DNA of 64,000 nt from Nemertoderma westbladi (Eukaryota > Animalia > Xenacoelomorpha). The notes under the pieces were generated by a model, which saw only the letters and a list, made by a program, of their open reading frames with translations, was not told the DNA's origin and did no database searches. A program made the position numbers and the translations under genes. The stretch covers positions 1-64,000 of the forward strand of contig JAUCBJ010006375.1 in assembly GCA_032718475.1 (NCBI GenBank), given 5' to 3'. This document shows positions 50,413 through 62,466 of the stretch, piece by piece; within the stretch, counting starts at the first letter, position 1, and every line of letters starts with the position of its first letter.

Positions 50413-52159
50413 GGGGGGGGGGGGGGGGGGGGGTACACCCCCCCCCTCAGGTCAAAATTTTCTTTTTTTTTGTTTTTTTTATTTCATCTAGAGTATAATT
50501 TAATGCGGATTTCAAATCTGGAAACGGCTTAGCGAGATCTCCTTTACTTCTCGAGTAATGGCTGGTTTTCCGTCTGTATGTCTGTCTGTCTGTCCATCGA
50601 AATATTAAAAAGGGCATAAAATAAGCAATCTGAAATATTTGCTGTTAGGATTTTTCTTAATGTCGATGTCAGTTTTCATATTTGGAATTATCTAATCACT
50701 ATGTCTGTATCTCAATCTGTCTCTCAGTTTGTCTGTCTGTTTGTATGTCTGTCTGTCTGTCAACATGTCCGTCAAATTTTAATTAATATATATTTAATAG
50801 ATATTTGTATTACATATTGAACAGTTGTCTAATGGACTTGTTGTCTACTAGTAAAAACAAATGTGAACCATCATATAACAATAGCTAGTAATAATAATTC
50901 TGGGAAACAAACATAAACTTCTGTTTTTTTTAAATTCCGCAGGCTCTGAGAATAATTCACGTGCTGCGCGAAGTCTTCATGTGCTGCATGAACTTTTCAT
51001 GTGCCGTGTGAAGGCTTCTCATTCTGATCAAAATAAAAAGCTTTCCGAGATGCTCGATTAATTAACGTGCTTTGTAAAGAATTTAAGTGCTACGTGAAAC
51101 CTTCACCTGCTGCGCAAATGTCTCACGTGCTGCGCGAAGGTTTCACGTGCTGCGCAAAGCTTAATGTTCTGTGTAAAGACTTATTATAAAATTATGTGGA
51201 AATCTTTATATAATTTTGAATGTTTCTTAAGGTTATCTCATTATTTCATGACTATTTATTATTACTAAATGACGAAATAGTATGCGATCAAATTACGAAT
51301 TTCTGTGTATATTATTGCTTATTATATTTAGGCCTAATTGTATTTGTTAATTCTTTGTGCTAGTATTTACTCTGTTGTACATGTTTCTTACTATATAAAC
51401 ATTGTATGAAAATAATAATAATAATACGCCAAAATGAAATTTGTTCACGTGCTGCGCGAAGTGTTTTTTGGCAAGCACTCTAAAATTATTTTAACAGGTT
51501 GTTAAAAGTGGGTAGCGGTTTTTTTGAACCAAATTTCATGAAATCCATTGAAAAATCACAAAATGGGAAAAGAAAAGGAGATACCAGTACTGAAAATAGC
51601 GGAAACATTTGAAATATATTGTTTTTAAACTTTAAAGGCGTTTATCTCTGAATTGTATTTTTCACATTCAAAATACTACTACTCAGCCATTTCTTAACCA
51701 ATTTTCGAAATTTTTTTTTGTTTGATTTCTATTTGGGTTTTGATCAAAAGTTAATCGGTTAGAATTTTGAATTGTGCCATATTAATTTCTTTAAATCAGT
51801 TAATATCTATTAAGTAATAATTAATATTATTTAATAATATTTAAAAAATATTTAAGACCTAGATAAAAAATGTAACCGATAAGTTTTGTGGAGCCGAGGA
51901 TGCTGATTCAGAAAAACCAAGTTTCGAAAATTTTCGCCCAAAATTGTGAGACTAGTAGTGTTTTTATTGAAATTAACAATTTCGCTGGTGGCCGCTAGAG
52001 GGCGACGCAAATTTGCATTTTTTCTTTGAACCCAATCTTTGGCCATATGTTAATCCCCCGAAAGGTATAAAATATACAAAACTACACACAAGCAGAAATT
52101 ATAGCCATTTGCAAAAAAGGTCCATAGGGGGGTGTACCCCCCCCCCCCCCCCCCCCCCC
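50413..52159. mobile_element. Non-autonomous TIR DNA transposon, Kolobok-like
   Basis: TTAA|(G)nTACACCCCCC ... GGGGGGTGTA(C)n|TTAA, i.e. inverted termini starting GG with a TTAA duplication (50409-50412 and 52160-52163). Internal TTCACGTGCTGCGC repeats. No ORF. Confidence 0.7.
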
Positions 52160-52703
52160 TTAATAATGGATACACGGGTGCATGGATAATTAACGTAATG
52201 TATAATACATATGTATATAAACATACATGTTAATGGTTATTAAGTTAAAAGGATCATTAATGACTAGCTAACATACAATTAATATCGACTAATGTGGCTT
52301 AACATTCAACAGCAAAACACAAACAAAAGCCGAATTTGTAAAAAAAAGTACTCATTGTCACTAATTTAATAACCTAAATTACGATATTCTGCCCTCGTGT
52401 ATTGAGTTTTGCATGAGTTGTCAGGTTTTTTTTTTTTAAAAAGCTGTTAGCTGTTGTGTCCAAGGGTAAGGTGGAATCCCAATACTTAGGAAAGTATGGC
52501 TAATGGTTTCTGATCCAGTACACTGTAAACTGTGGTACTCAGTTTCGTTTATTGTATCTCTCTCGGAACTTCGTAGCACTTTGTCATATTTCATGTCTGT
52601 ATCTATTACCCTTCCTTACAGTATTAAATAAACACGTTATTATTACTTCTGGCCGAAGTGTCTAGGTTTTAATCATTAATGAGACCATTATGACCCTGCT
52701 TAG

Positions 52704-53054
52704 GACGTTACGAGCTCACTCGGCGACGAAGAGAATTACATCGAGGGTTTACAGCAGAAAGCTAACATTCTCTTCCTTATGGGGGAACTGGAATTCGCGC
52801 TGATGTACTACCATCGGGGATACAAACGAGCGAGACACATGCCAGAGTTCATCATGGGAATCGAGAAGTCTGAGTCTGCGATCCTGGCGTTGGCGGGGCA
52901 ACTGGACATGTTTGTATCCGAGTCGCATTCGCGTAGATCGGATAACAGTAAATCCGGAGTTTCGTCGCCAACGGATAGAAGTTTTACCACAAAGTCAACA
53001 TCTGGCGGCCACTACAAGGAAGTTATGACCAAGAAAAGGATATTATCCAAATAA
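52704..53054 (+). CDS. TTC25: TTC25/ODAD4-like TPR protein, exon 2 (ends in a stop)
   Basis: After acceptor cttag it reads DVTSSLGDEENYIEGLQQKANILFLMGELEFALMYYHRGYK...EFIMGIEKSESAI, matching the TTC25 GILQKAE.LY.MGDFEFALVFYHRGYK motif. In frame with exon 1. Confidence 0.8.
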   Translation, partial: DVTSSLGDEENYIEGLQQKANILFLMGELEFALMYYHRGYKRARHMPEFIMGIEKSESAILALAGQLDMFVSESHSRRSDNSKSGVSSPTDRSFTTKSTSGGHYKEVMTKKRILSK

Positions 53055-53669
53055 ATTCAAATAATATTGTAATCTGACGTTTCAATAATTTAAATGTTTC
53101 TAAAGTTGTTGGAATTTTATAGTTCACTCCTTTTAAACCCACAGAACCTTGGCAGTTAATATTTTGTATGATTTTAGTAATTATTAATTGTGATTTCTAA
53201 TCCAATTGATGCCCAGCTGGCATCATTGAGGATTTGAACCAATGGCACATGATACCATTACAATTAAACTTACATCACCTGAACCCCCATCTTATGGAGC
53301 AGTTTTATGACAACTTCAATTTCAGTCTCACCTCGTATATTTTTGCTGGTGACGATTATATGCAAAGTTTAGTTATTGAATGTATTTGGGTGAAAGATTA
53401 ATTAAATACGTAGTCCTACCTATTAGATAAACCCTTGTAAACAAGCAAAAGCAAAAATGGTGCATTCATGTTTTAAATTAATTATTAAAAATGCATATCG
53501 CAAAGATATAGCACACTTTATAACTTAGAATTTGGGACTTTCAATTTGGATAATGGTTTTATTTAATCGTATATTTTAATTAGTGAAGCGCGTTAAATAA
53601 AAACCTTACCGGTGCGGGAGGTATGTACAGCAGTAGGTGCGGTACCACAAATTAAAGGCACTTAAGACT

Positions 53670-54381
53670 GACAGTTGCAGCAATCAGTTTACAGTTGCAG
53701 CAAACAGTAATCAGTTTACAGTTGCATGCAAACAGTAATCAGTTTACAGTTGCATGCAAACAGTAATCAGTTTACAGTTGCATGCAAACAGTATTCAGTT
53801 TACAGTTGCATGCAAACATTAATCAGTTTACAGTTGTAGCAAACAGTAATCAGTTTACAGTTGCAGCAAACAGTAATCAGTTTACAGTTGCAGCAAACAG
53901 TAATCAGTTTACAGTTGCATGCAAACAGTAATCAGTTTACAGTTGCATGCAAACAGTAATCAGTTTACAGTTGCATGCAAACAGTAATCAGTTTACAGTT
54001 GCAGCAAACAGTAATCAGTTTACAGTTGCAGCAAACAGTAATCAGTTTACAGTTGCAGCAAACAGTAATCAGTTTACAGTTGCAGCAAACAGTAATCAGT
54101 TTACAGTTGCATGCAAACAGTAATCAGTTTACAGTTGCAGCAAACAGTAATCAGTTTACAGTTGCAGCAAACAGTAATCAGTTTACAGTTGTAAGCAAAC
54201 AGTAATCAGTTTACAGTTGCATGCAAACAGTAATCAGTTTACAGTTGCATGCAAACAGTAATCAGTTTACAGTTGCATGCAAACAGTAATCAGTTTACAG
54301 TTGCATGCAAACAGTAATCAGTTTACAGTTGCAGCAAACAGTAATCAGTTTACAGTTGCATGCAAACAGTAATCAGTTTAC
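53670..54381. repeat. 27/28-bp minisatellite (GCAAACAGTAATCAGTTTACAGTTGCA[T])
   Basis: Direct periodicity, about 26 units. Confidence 0.95.
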
Positions 54382-55209
54382 GCCAGTCAGCTGATAGGTA
54401 GGCTTCCCCTCACACTGGAAGGCATTCCCAGAGGGCCAATCCGGGAAAAGACAGTACGAGTGATTGTGATGGAGTCCTAAAGGGAGTAGGAAAGGCAGTG
54501 TAAAGAAGGTAGAGGTGTACATTAACTAGCCGTTGGGGGCACTGGTCTCTTACGGGCCAACGCGTGTGAATATAATACACTTCATGCAATAGGCATCGTT
54601 GGGATATACTTAACTGCTTAAGAGGGCCATTGTCATTGCCCAAAGAAATTAAAAAAAATTCATATTTTTGGAGTTTTACAGAAGGGCTTTCATGTGGTGG
54701 GTGACATTGATTTGGGTGACTAGTGATTTTTCCACCACAAAACAGCACTTTTTAAAATTTGAAACAAATTTTCACATCTTACGTATTTATGACTGATATT
54801 CATGACTCTATTCATGCTACAATCGTTCTAGTTCCGATTTTGTAACTGCTACCCTTTATCTATCTTAAAATACATGATCCCTACAATATAGTAAAACCCC
54901 ATAAATTTTTCAAAAAAATAATTTTATGCTGAAAGTTCCATAAAAGACTGATGGACCGAGAACTTCAACCCAGATGACATTATCTTCTACATGAGATAAT
55001 TTGCACTCAGTTTAAATAGTAAAATATCACAGATCATTGTGTTAAAATTGCAGAATAATAGCTTTAGAAATAAAAAAAATATTTTATGGTACAATTAAAT
55101 CTTAAGATACAACTAAAGAGCAATAAATTCATTAGCCGTTGACAACATAACATAAATTCTAAAAACGATAAAGATCAACGAACAACGTGGCTAGCACTAT
55201 AGTGTCGCA

Positions 55210-55846
55210 ATATATTTTATTCCAAAATTGTAACATTACTCAACGCCGTTAGTATTAACAGCGAGTTGTTATTTAGCACTTTACAACTTTAGAGGACATT
55301 ACAGCATTGTATTGGCCTGTACATTTAGTATTGTATTTGGTGTTATTGTTTACGTGGTAACCATGGCGGCGTTAAGTAATGTCCACTAAGGGGACATTAC
55401 TTAACGCCGTCATTGGATACCACGTAAACAATAGGTGGAAATTTGCCTGACAGCCAGATAGGCCTACTGCATTACCTACCGGTAGGCGGGGTATAGCTAT
55501 TAATAACCAGTAGGGCCTAGCTATATTATTATAACATGGCTCCAAACGCCACCATAAATATAAGCTAACTTATTTATAACATAATTTATGTCATTTTTAC
55601 AATTATTTATACAACAACTAATATAATTTGTGCCGTTTCTATGACTTATAATGTATATGTACAATCATTGCGTAATGTTAAAATTTTGGAATAAAACTAC
55701 ATACATACTTGTTGCAAAGTACTTTACAGTGTTCTGATCCTCGTGGCTTTATTTTCACCCACTCACTACGTTCGTTCGTGTAACAAAGCCAATCGGATTA
55801 TCACACTGTAAAGTGTTACTTTACACACAAGTATGTAAATAGTTAT
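55210..55846. mobile_element. Non-autonomous element with an asymmetric inverted repeat and terminal hairpin (Crypton-like layout)
   Basis: 55215-55239 is inverted to 55672-55696 (24/25). An imperfect ~150-bp hairpin follows at 55695-55844, and there is an internal hairpin at 55344-55433. Confidence 0.6.
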
Positions 55847-56531
55847 TATTGCGGCCATACTCAACTCATCCAAAACTTTAAATATCTATCTGCCCTGCCC
55901 TCTTTATAGGAGTAAATAAAACTTTCGAGCAATCTCATGTAGGCCTACCAATGACCTACTATATATATATTTATATATAAATATCTTTTATATCTAAATA
56001 TATATATATTTAGTAGATGGCCTACCCTACTAAAAAATGACTAGATATGTAAAAATATCCACTTAATTTTTTTTTCAAATGGTTCACAGACGTAGTTTAT
56101 TTCCCTCTTACGTACTTCATTTCACATAAGTTTTTAAAAAATTTTGCAACATTTTTAATATATCTACTGCAGTCTGACTGAATCGCTGCCACATAAAAAT
56201 GTTTTTCATATTCAATAAAAAGTGTTTATTATTTATAATAGACATTCATGTATTTAATACATTTAAAGAATAAAATTCAGATATAAAATATTCAGATTCA
56301 GAAATCAGTTATAAATCATGTAAATCAATCTATCCTTCATTAATCAAAATCATCCAAAGAAAAAAATTCTCCAAATGTTTGTGATTGTAATTGGAAAAAT
56401 TGTACATTTTTATACAATTTGACAAATTTTAAGCTGCACGGGATATAAATTCAGATAGCAAACCCCCATATTTTACCATCGGGATCCCGTTCCAATACTT
56501 AGCTAACCAAACCATGCTTAATAGAACTAAC

Positions 56532-56749
56532 CTGATGTTAGAGAGTTGGTTAATAAGCCGTGTGGCCGACTGTTTCAATGTATCTCCGCTAGATGGCGTG
56601 GCTGATACGGAATGACGTAGGGCCATTGAGTGTAAGTTGTCGAAGACATCATGACATCGTATAATCTCGTAATATAGTTGATCGTACATCGTGGCCGAGG
56701 GTAGAAAAGTGTCCCCGTACGTTATATAGATATTAAATATTGTAATCAC
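56532..56749 (-). CDS. ARMH3: ARMH3/C10orf76-like penultimate coding exon
   Basis: VITIFNIYITYGDTFLPSATMYDQLYYEIIRCHDVFDNLHSMALR...NI(R) matches the ARMH3 FITYGDTFLP...YDELYYEIIR motif. Acceptor (c)n-atcag, donor AG|gttag. Its phase 2 joins the 34299 exon to give NIRAIINHF. Confidence 0.9.
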
Positions 56750-57987
56750 CTGATGGGGGGGGGGGGGGGGGGGGATAAATTAGTTTATTAATGAAAGTTA
56801 TAAAATGAACAACAATAACTGTTGTTCCCCGTCGATATTGTACCAGTCGTACAACAGTTATTCTTCAACCTTATACTGATTAGTTTGTACAGATGGAAAG
56901 CTGGCCGTGCAAGGATTCCAAATAGGTAAAAATATTTGAATTTGGTTGGGATATAGCTGAGTTATGGGCATTCGAAAGTGCATGTATTAGCTTCTGCTGC
57001 AGGCCATTTTTATTCTATTTAATAAATGTACTATATTCTGGAACATTTTGTTTATCTCATAAGTAGCTTGGCAACAATGCAATGACTTTAATAATAATAC
57101 AAGTACATGGATATTCATAGTTAGTTGGTTTGTTAGTGAACCTTCTTCCGTAGCTCTGGAAACTAAATTGGTAACTATCTAGAAGTGGATAGTTCAGTCA
57201 ATCGATACTTACTGGACTAAACATTGTCTGTGCCAAATTTGGGGAAAATCCCACCAATAGACCCCTTATTGCTATGTAAATTCCCTGTTGCTAAGGAAAG
57301 ATGCATGGAATTGAAATTGATCCACATAATTTATTTTTATAGACTTTTTTGGTGATATTAGCACGATAATGTAGAATAAAATTGGTTCGATTGAATTGCA
57401 AATTAGTTTTGGGTTACGCCCTCTTGTTATGCACAACCATGATAGCATCAATTTAAGGGGAGGGGGAATTGATAGCATCAATTTAAGGTCGCTCACAAAT
57501 TTTCAGACTCCGAGGGTCAGGGCGGTCAGGAGTGGAGTTTACTTGCGGAGGGTCATTTGTAGCAAATTGCTATTTTATTTAGGTTCTTACAGTAATAACA
57601 CGCATTTCTTTTCACAAGATATATACCATAGATAGATATATAGATACATTATTTAAAAACAATAACAAATAGGGGGGGGGGGGGGGGGGGGGGGCATGTG
57701 TCATAACATGTAAAAATATATTACACAATCATAATAGGGTTGGTGCGTGAAAAATTGTTGGGCTAGAAACAATCGAATAAAGGGTAACAAGGTGCTCTGA
57801 ATCGAGTGGCGGGGTGTGTTTTTTGTAAAAACACATGGAAACGGTCGAAATGGCGGGGTGTATATTGTAGGGTGATTTTAGAAATACACATTTAATCTCA
57901 ATCATTTCACATGTGGCTTATATCAATTGAAAGCGGAGAGTCTTGCGCGTCTTCTGACACAAGAATTAATTAAATTCATAAACTCCT

Positions 57988-58122
57988 GACTGGTATACAA
58001 GAACTCAACCACTTAGCCCAATACAACTATTGCACTGGTATGCAAGAACTCAACCACTTAGCCCAATCCAACTATTGACTGGTATGCAAGAACTCAACCA
58101 CCTAGCCCAATCCAACTACTGC
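57988..58122. repeat. ~45-bp tandem repeat x3
   Basis: ACTGGTATGCAAGAACTCAACCACTTAGCCCAATCCAACTATTG repeated. Confidence 0.85.
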
Positions 58123-58143
58123 ATTATGCATTGTAGTATCGGA

Positions 58144-58272
58144 ATATTACTGTATTGCAGCTTGAAGTTCATTAAGTTGAAATGTTAATGTATACCGGTC
58201 ACCGGTTGTGTAAGAGTGGTACAGCGGAAGGTTTAGTCAACTTAATGAACTTAAGCAACAATACAGCAATAT
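58144..58272. repeat. Imperfect long inverted repeat followed by GCCGACACTGTCGGC mini-hairpins (to about 58400)
   Basis: AAGTTCATTAAGTTGA pairs with TCAACTTAATGAACTT, and ATATTACTGTATTG pairs with CAATACAGCAATAT. Confidence 0.75.
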
Positions 58273-59832
58273 GCCTACTCTACTCCAATACGCTACGTAA
58301 CGCCGACACTGTCGGCACAACATAACGCCGACACTGTCGGCATAACGTAACGCCGACTCAGCCGGCACATTATCTGCACACTGTCGGCACAGTGTTGGTA
58401 CAACGTTTACACCCGGCCTATATATCTTATTGTAGCTCTAGCCAACAGGGAGCTAAATTCCGCAACACGTTTCTTTTCTTCATCATCATGTTGTTGTCCA
58501 AAAATATGCGGAAAAATTGAGGCAGGAAAGAAGCTAAGAGCTTCTTAATAAAACGTAAAACGTACAGTACAATAACTATAAAACGAATTACAGTATATAA
58601 ATAGAAAATAATTAATAAACGAATAACTTACTGTAGGACTATTGTACCACATTGCACACGGAGGAGAGATTTAACTGCAGATTTAAAAGATTATGCACAT
58701 GGTTAAGGCGTAGCTGCTTAACTCTACTATCTAAGTTAAGTAGTCCAGATTCAGAAAAGTCATCTGCAGTTAGGTGGTGTCTAGGTTTGTAGTCTTTAAC
58801 TAGAAAGCCAGCAAGCTGGCTTTAAACGAACCTGCCCCTCAAACCAGTACCGCAGTACCCTGAGTGAGCGAAAATGAAAACACGATAATTGCCTTCAACT
58901 CAACGATAGAAACACCAGCTGCTGGTACTCATGTGGGCCTAGTAAGCTACTACTATTTATTGAATGGATAGCCCAAACTGCAGAAAAGTATATTACTTGC
59001 CAAATTTATTACAATCTCACTCTAACCCAGACAGTAATCAAACATCAACTGTTATTTTGTATAATGTATTACCCCACCAGATGAATAGCTCTTCCCTGTG
59101 AATCCTATGACAATAATCTATAAGGTTACTCACTGCTATGTTAGATGGGAGGCCAGGTAATTGGATTGCAAGCACTGGGCCTTTTAAATGATTGATTGAG
59201 CCCATAGGACTCGTATAATATCCAATATAATGATGTAATAAATTTAAACCCATACCTAACACGATTAAACTAAAATATTAAAAACTAAAAAAAATAACAC
59301 TATGCACGTGTTACCAACCCAACCCACCCCCTGAGGCCTTAGGATAATTAATGTACGATATTGTTTAGTAGTTACAACTGCCTAAGTCTAGTTAGAGTCT
59401 AAGTCTGTATAATTCTAAAGAAAACAATTGCACCCGAATTCCGACTTCAACCAAAGTACGAACCTCAGCAAAGCATAGCTTATGCGCCGAGGTGAGCACT
59501 GTAAATGTGAGAAATAAAATAACACTGCATTAAAAATTTACTTTATAGTCATTTTGAAATTCATTAAGAACAATTTATATTTCTTAAACAGAAATTTATA
59601 AACAGAGAGAAGAAGAATAGTCGTTATATGGAAATCATTACGGTACACAAATAGGTGAAGTAAACAAAGGCGATTCTGGATATTATTGTTGGTTATTAAT
59701 TATTGATTATTATTGACTCTATGTGGCTCTCGAGAGTTGCAAATGAAAATTCACCATAATAATAGATAGGATAATCAATGGAACTGTACTAATACTTTTC
59801 ATTTAGTAAAAATTGGTAAAGAACGATGCACG

Positions 59833-59963
59833 TTATGAATCATAGGTGTTGAGGATGTAGTTTTTAATTTTAGTTTTGAATTGTGGCAGGGAAGTGCATT
59901 GTTTAATATCCGTAGGAAGCTCGTTCCATAATGTAGGGCCTTGGTACATGATACCATTCTTAG
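59833..59963 (-). pseudogene. Extreme C-terminus of a CR1-group LINE ORF2 (3' piece)
   Basis: Minus-strand translation KNGIMYQGPTLWNELPTDIKQCTSLPQFKTKIKNYILNTYDS*, a typical G..LWN.LP...FK..K LINE tail. Not in the ORF track. Confidence 0.75.
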
Positions 59964-62466
59964 TAGTCTGGTCAATAAGACAATGTACCCGGGAAAAAAT
60001 GTTACCAAGCTATATTTGGTATGTTTCGAATCGTTAGGACCCCTTCTTTCGAAATCTGAAAAATCCTCTCTTCAATAGGGTGGGCAACTCTCACAAATCC
60101 CATTTCCATAGCAACCGACATAAGAATAGATATAATTACATTTAATGCAACTGGGCTAGCTCCTACCCCCACTATATCGGCAATGGAGAATTCATTGAAC
60201 ATATTTTCAATTCTCAGTTACCATGGCAACCGGTAGATTCACCATATCAACCATCGATTTGGCCATCTTGAGGCAACGGGACCAACTTCTAATCCCACTA
60301 TATCGACTATGGAAAATTCATGGATAAAATTTTCAAGTCTCAGTTACTATGGCAACCGGTAGATTCACCATATCAACCATCAATTTCGCCATCTTGATGC
60401 AAAGGGACCACCCCTTCTCGTACCATGGTAACTCCTATCCCCGCTATTGCTATTAATATTAATAAATCAAGGAATGATAGTTTTTTAAACCAAAAATATA
60501 ATAATTATTAAATATTATCAATTTATAATAGAAATATTGAAAAGTGTATAATATACCTAGAGTTTATCATGAACCAAAGTTATTATAATAAATAATATCA
60601 CCCTTTATTAGTGGAACAATTGTATCTATACACCGTTTATTAAACCATACCTGTAATAATTAATGTTACTTAAATAAACAATTAATGTTATTTATAAATA
60701 ATGTTGGTTATGTTGGGATATCCAATTGATAATTTCAACCATGTCGTCAAAATCCCTTGTTCTTATTGCGGTAGTAAGCTCCACATGCTGTTCACTGGTC
60801 CTGTGAGAAAGTCCTGTCAGTGTGGCCATGGCATAATGCACTTGGGCACATTCATGGATACTGTATACCCACATCAATCTAACAGATTCTGTAATCTCTC
60901 GACCTCTAGTAAGACCTCCTCTGCTCTTGATAGATCTCATCATGTCTTGTTCGAAGATAAGATCAGTCCATAAGCCAGCTCAGTAACGATCACTGCGCTG
61001 CACAGAGTGAAACCCATACTGTGAGAACTGCCGATACAACCATTGGTGTTTTTTAGGCAATTCCAGCATCCATTGCAAATACAAACGAGCACTCTTCGCA
61101 TAATTAAAATGTCCTGTTGCCGCAAATATATTTATCATCCTCCCAACTGCTACAAGATGCGTATTCCAATCTCTCTGCATTCTCTCTGCACGAATTAACA
61201 ACTTTAGGGTGTTAACACCCTAAGTTTAGGTTTACTTTAGGATGTCAATATAAGAAAGCCACAACTTTGCTGTTCTAGATCTTTCCTTTATTTCATTCAT
61301 TACACAATTAAGAACTTTCTCCAGTTTGAAAAATGCAGTTAAATTACTTACATCATAAAAAAATTAATATAAACTGTAAACTGTTGGTTATCCTGTTGCA
61401 ATTTAAACCTGAAATACCAATTTTTGACATTTTTTTATAATTTCAATAAATACTAGCTAGTAAAGAAAACATATCTACTTAATTTGTAGAACATTTTCTA
61501 AAACAGAAAGAAAACATGATAGAATCACTTTATAATGTATTTCCAAGTATAAAATTTGCATTAGAAAACTTACAAAACTTACTTACTACCGGTACTAACT
61601 TATTAAAATTTAAACTTACTAAAATAATTGCCTATTAGGTTTTGACAAATTTTTACTAGCTACCACAACAGTGTTCCAGAATATAATATTTTGATTATTT
61701 AATGTTGCATCGATGTCGAGGAATAATTTAATCATGAAATATTTTCATTTGAAAAAATTAATATTGAATTTTTGCAAAAATTGGCTAGCTACCATAATAG
61801 CTAGTGCTAGTATTCTACCGGTGCCCGAAAGTGAAGAAAGAACGAAATTTTTTATTGTAAAATGTTGAGATGATGTCTATATGGAATTTACCATACCCCA
61901 TTTTATTATCAGAATAATTAAGCACATCTAACTAGTGTGCATACAAGCCAGTTGAGTCTTTTGATATAGATAATAGCCATGTCCCTTACAGTATTTTCAG
62001 TTGATGAGTCAGCCATGCATAACTAGACCCCAGATCTAACTCATTACTAAGTTTGGATAGCGTAATAATAAAAATAATAGGTCAAATTCAAGCTTTGCTT
62101 GCCTTGGAACCAATATAACGCCAGCAACCAGGCGTGAGAGGGGTAAACTACTAGCTAACACCGGTAAATTTCAGTCTACATTATGTATACAATTATGTAT
62201 CTAATTAACAGATAAGAATATTAAATACTACATTGTCTCTTAGCAACTATGAAATATTCCAAGTGAAGATCAAGTAAATTTGAATTGATTTTACTTATGG
62301 ATAGGGTTCAAGAAAATGGCTATAAAAAAAGTTGCCCAAGGTATGCTGCGGAGGACTTTCGATATTCTTAAAGAGCATAAATTTGCGCTACTTAATTATA
62401 CCAAATTTGGCTTGGTAACATTTTTTTCTGGGTACACCTAAAATTGCTCCTAAATCGACCTGACTA
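59964..62466 (-). mobile_element. Academ-like DNA transposon, internally deleted
   Basis: Termini TAGTC.GGTC.../...GACC.GACTA with matching subterminal TGTACCC.G.AAAAAATGTTACCAAGC. 3-bp TAG duplication at 59961-59963 and 62467-62469. Transposase remnants inside. Confidence 0.7.
60692..61300 (-). pseudogene. Frameshifted transposase fragments (Academ-like)
   Basis: LIRAER..DWNTHL...FAATGHFNYAKSARLYLQWM...RSDRY and MRSIKSRGGLTRGR...SEQHVEL match a widespread invertebrate DNA-transposon protein family. The superfamily label is from memory. Confidence 0.6.
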
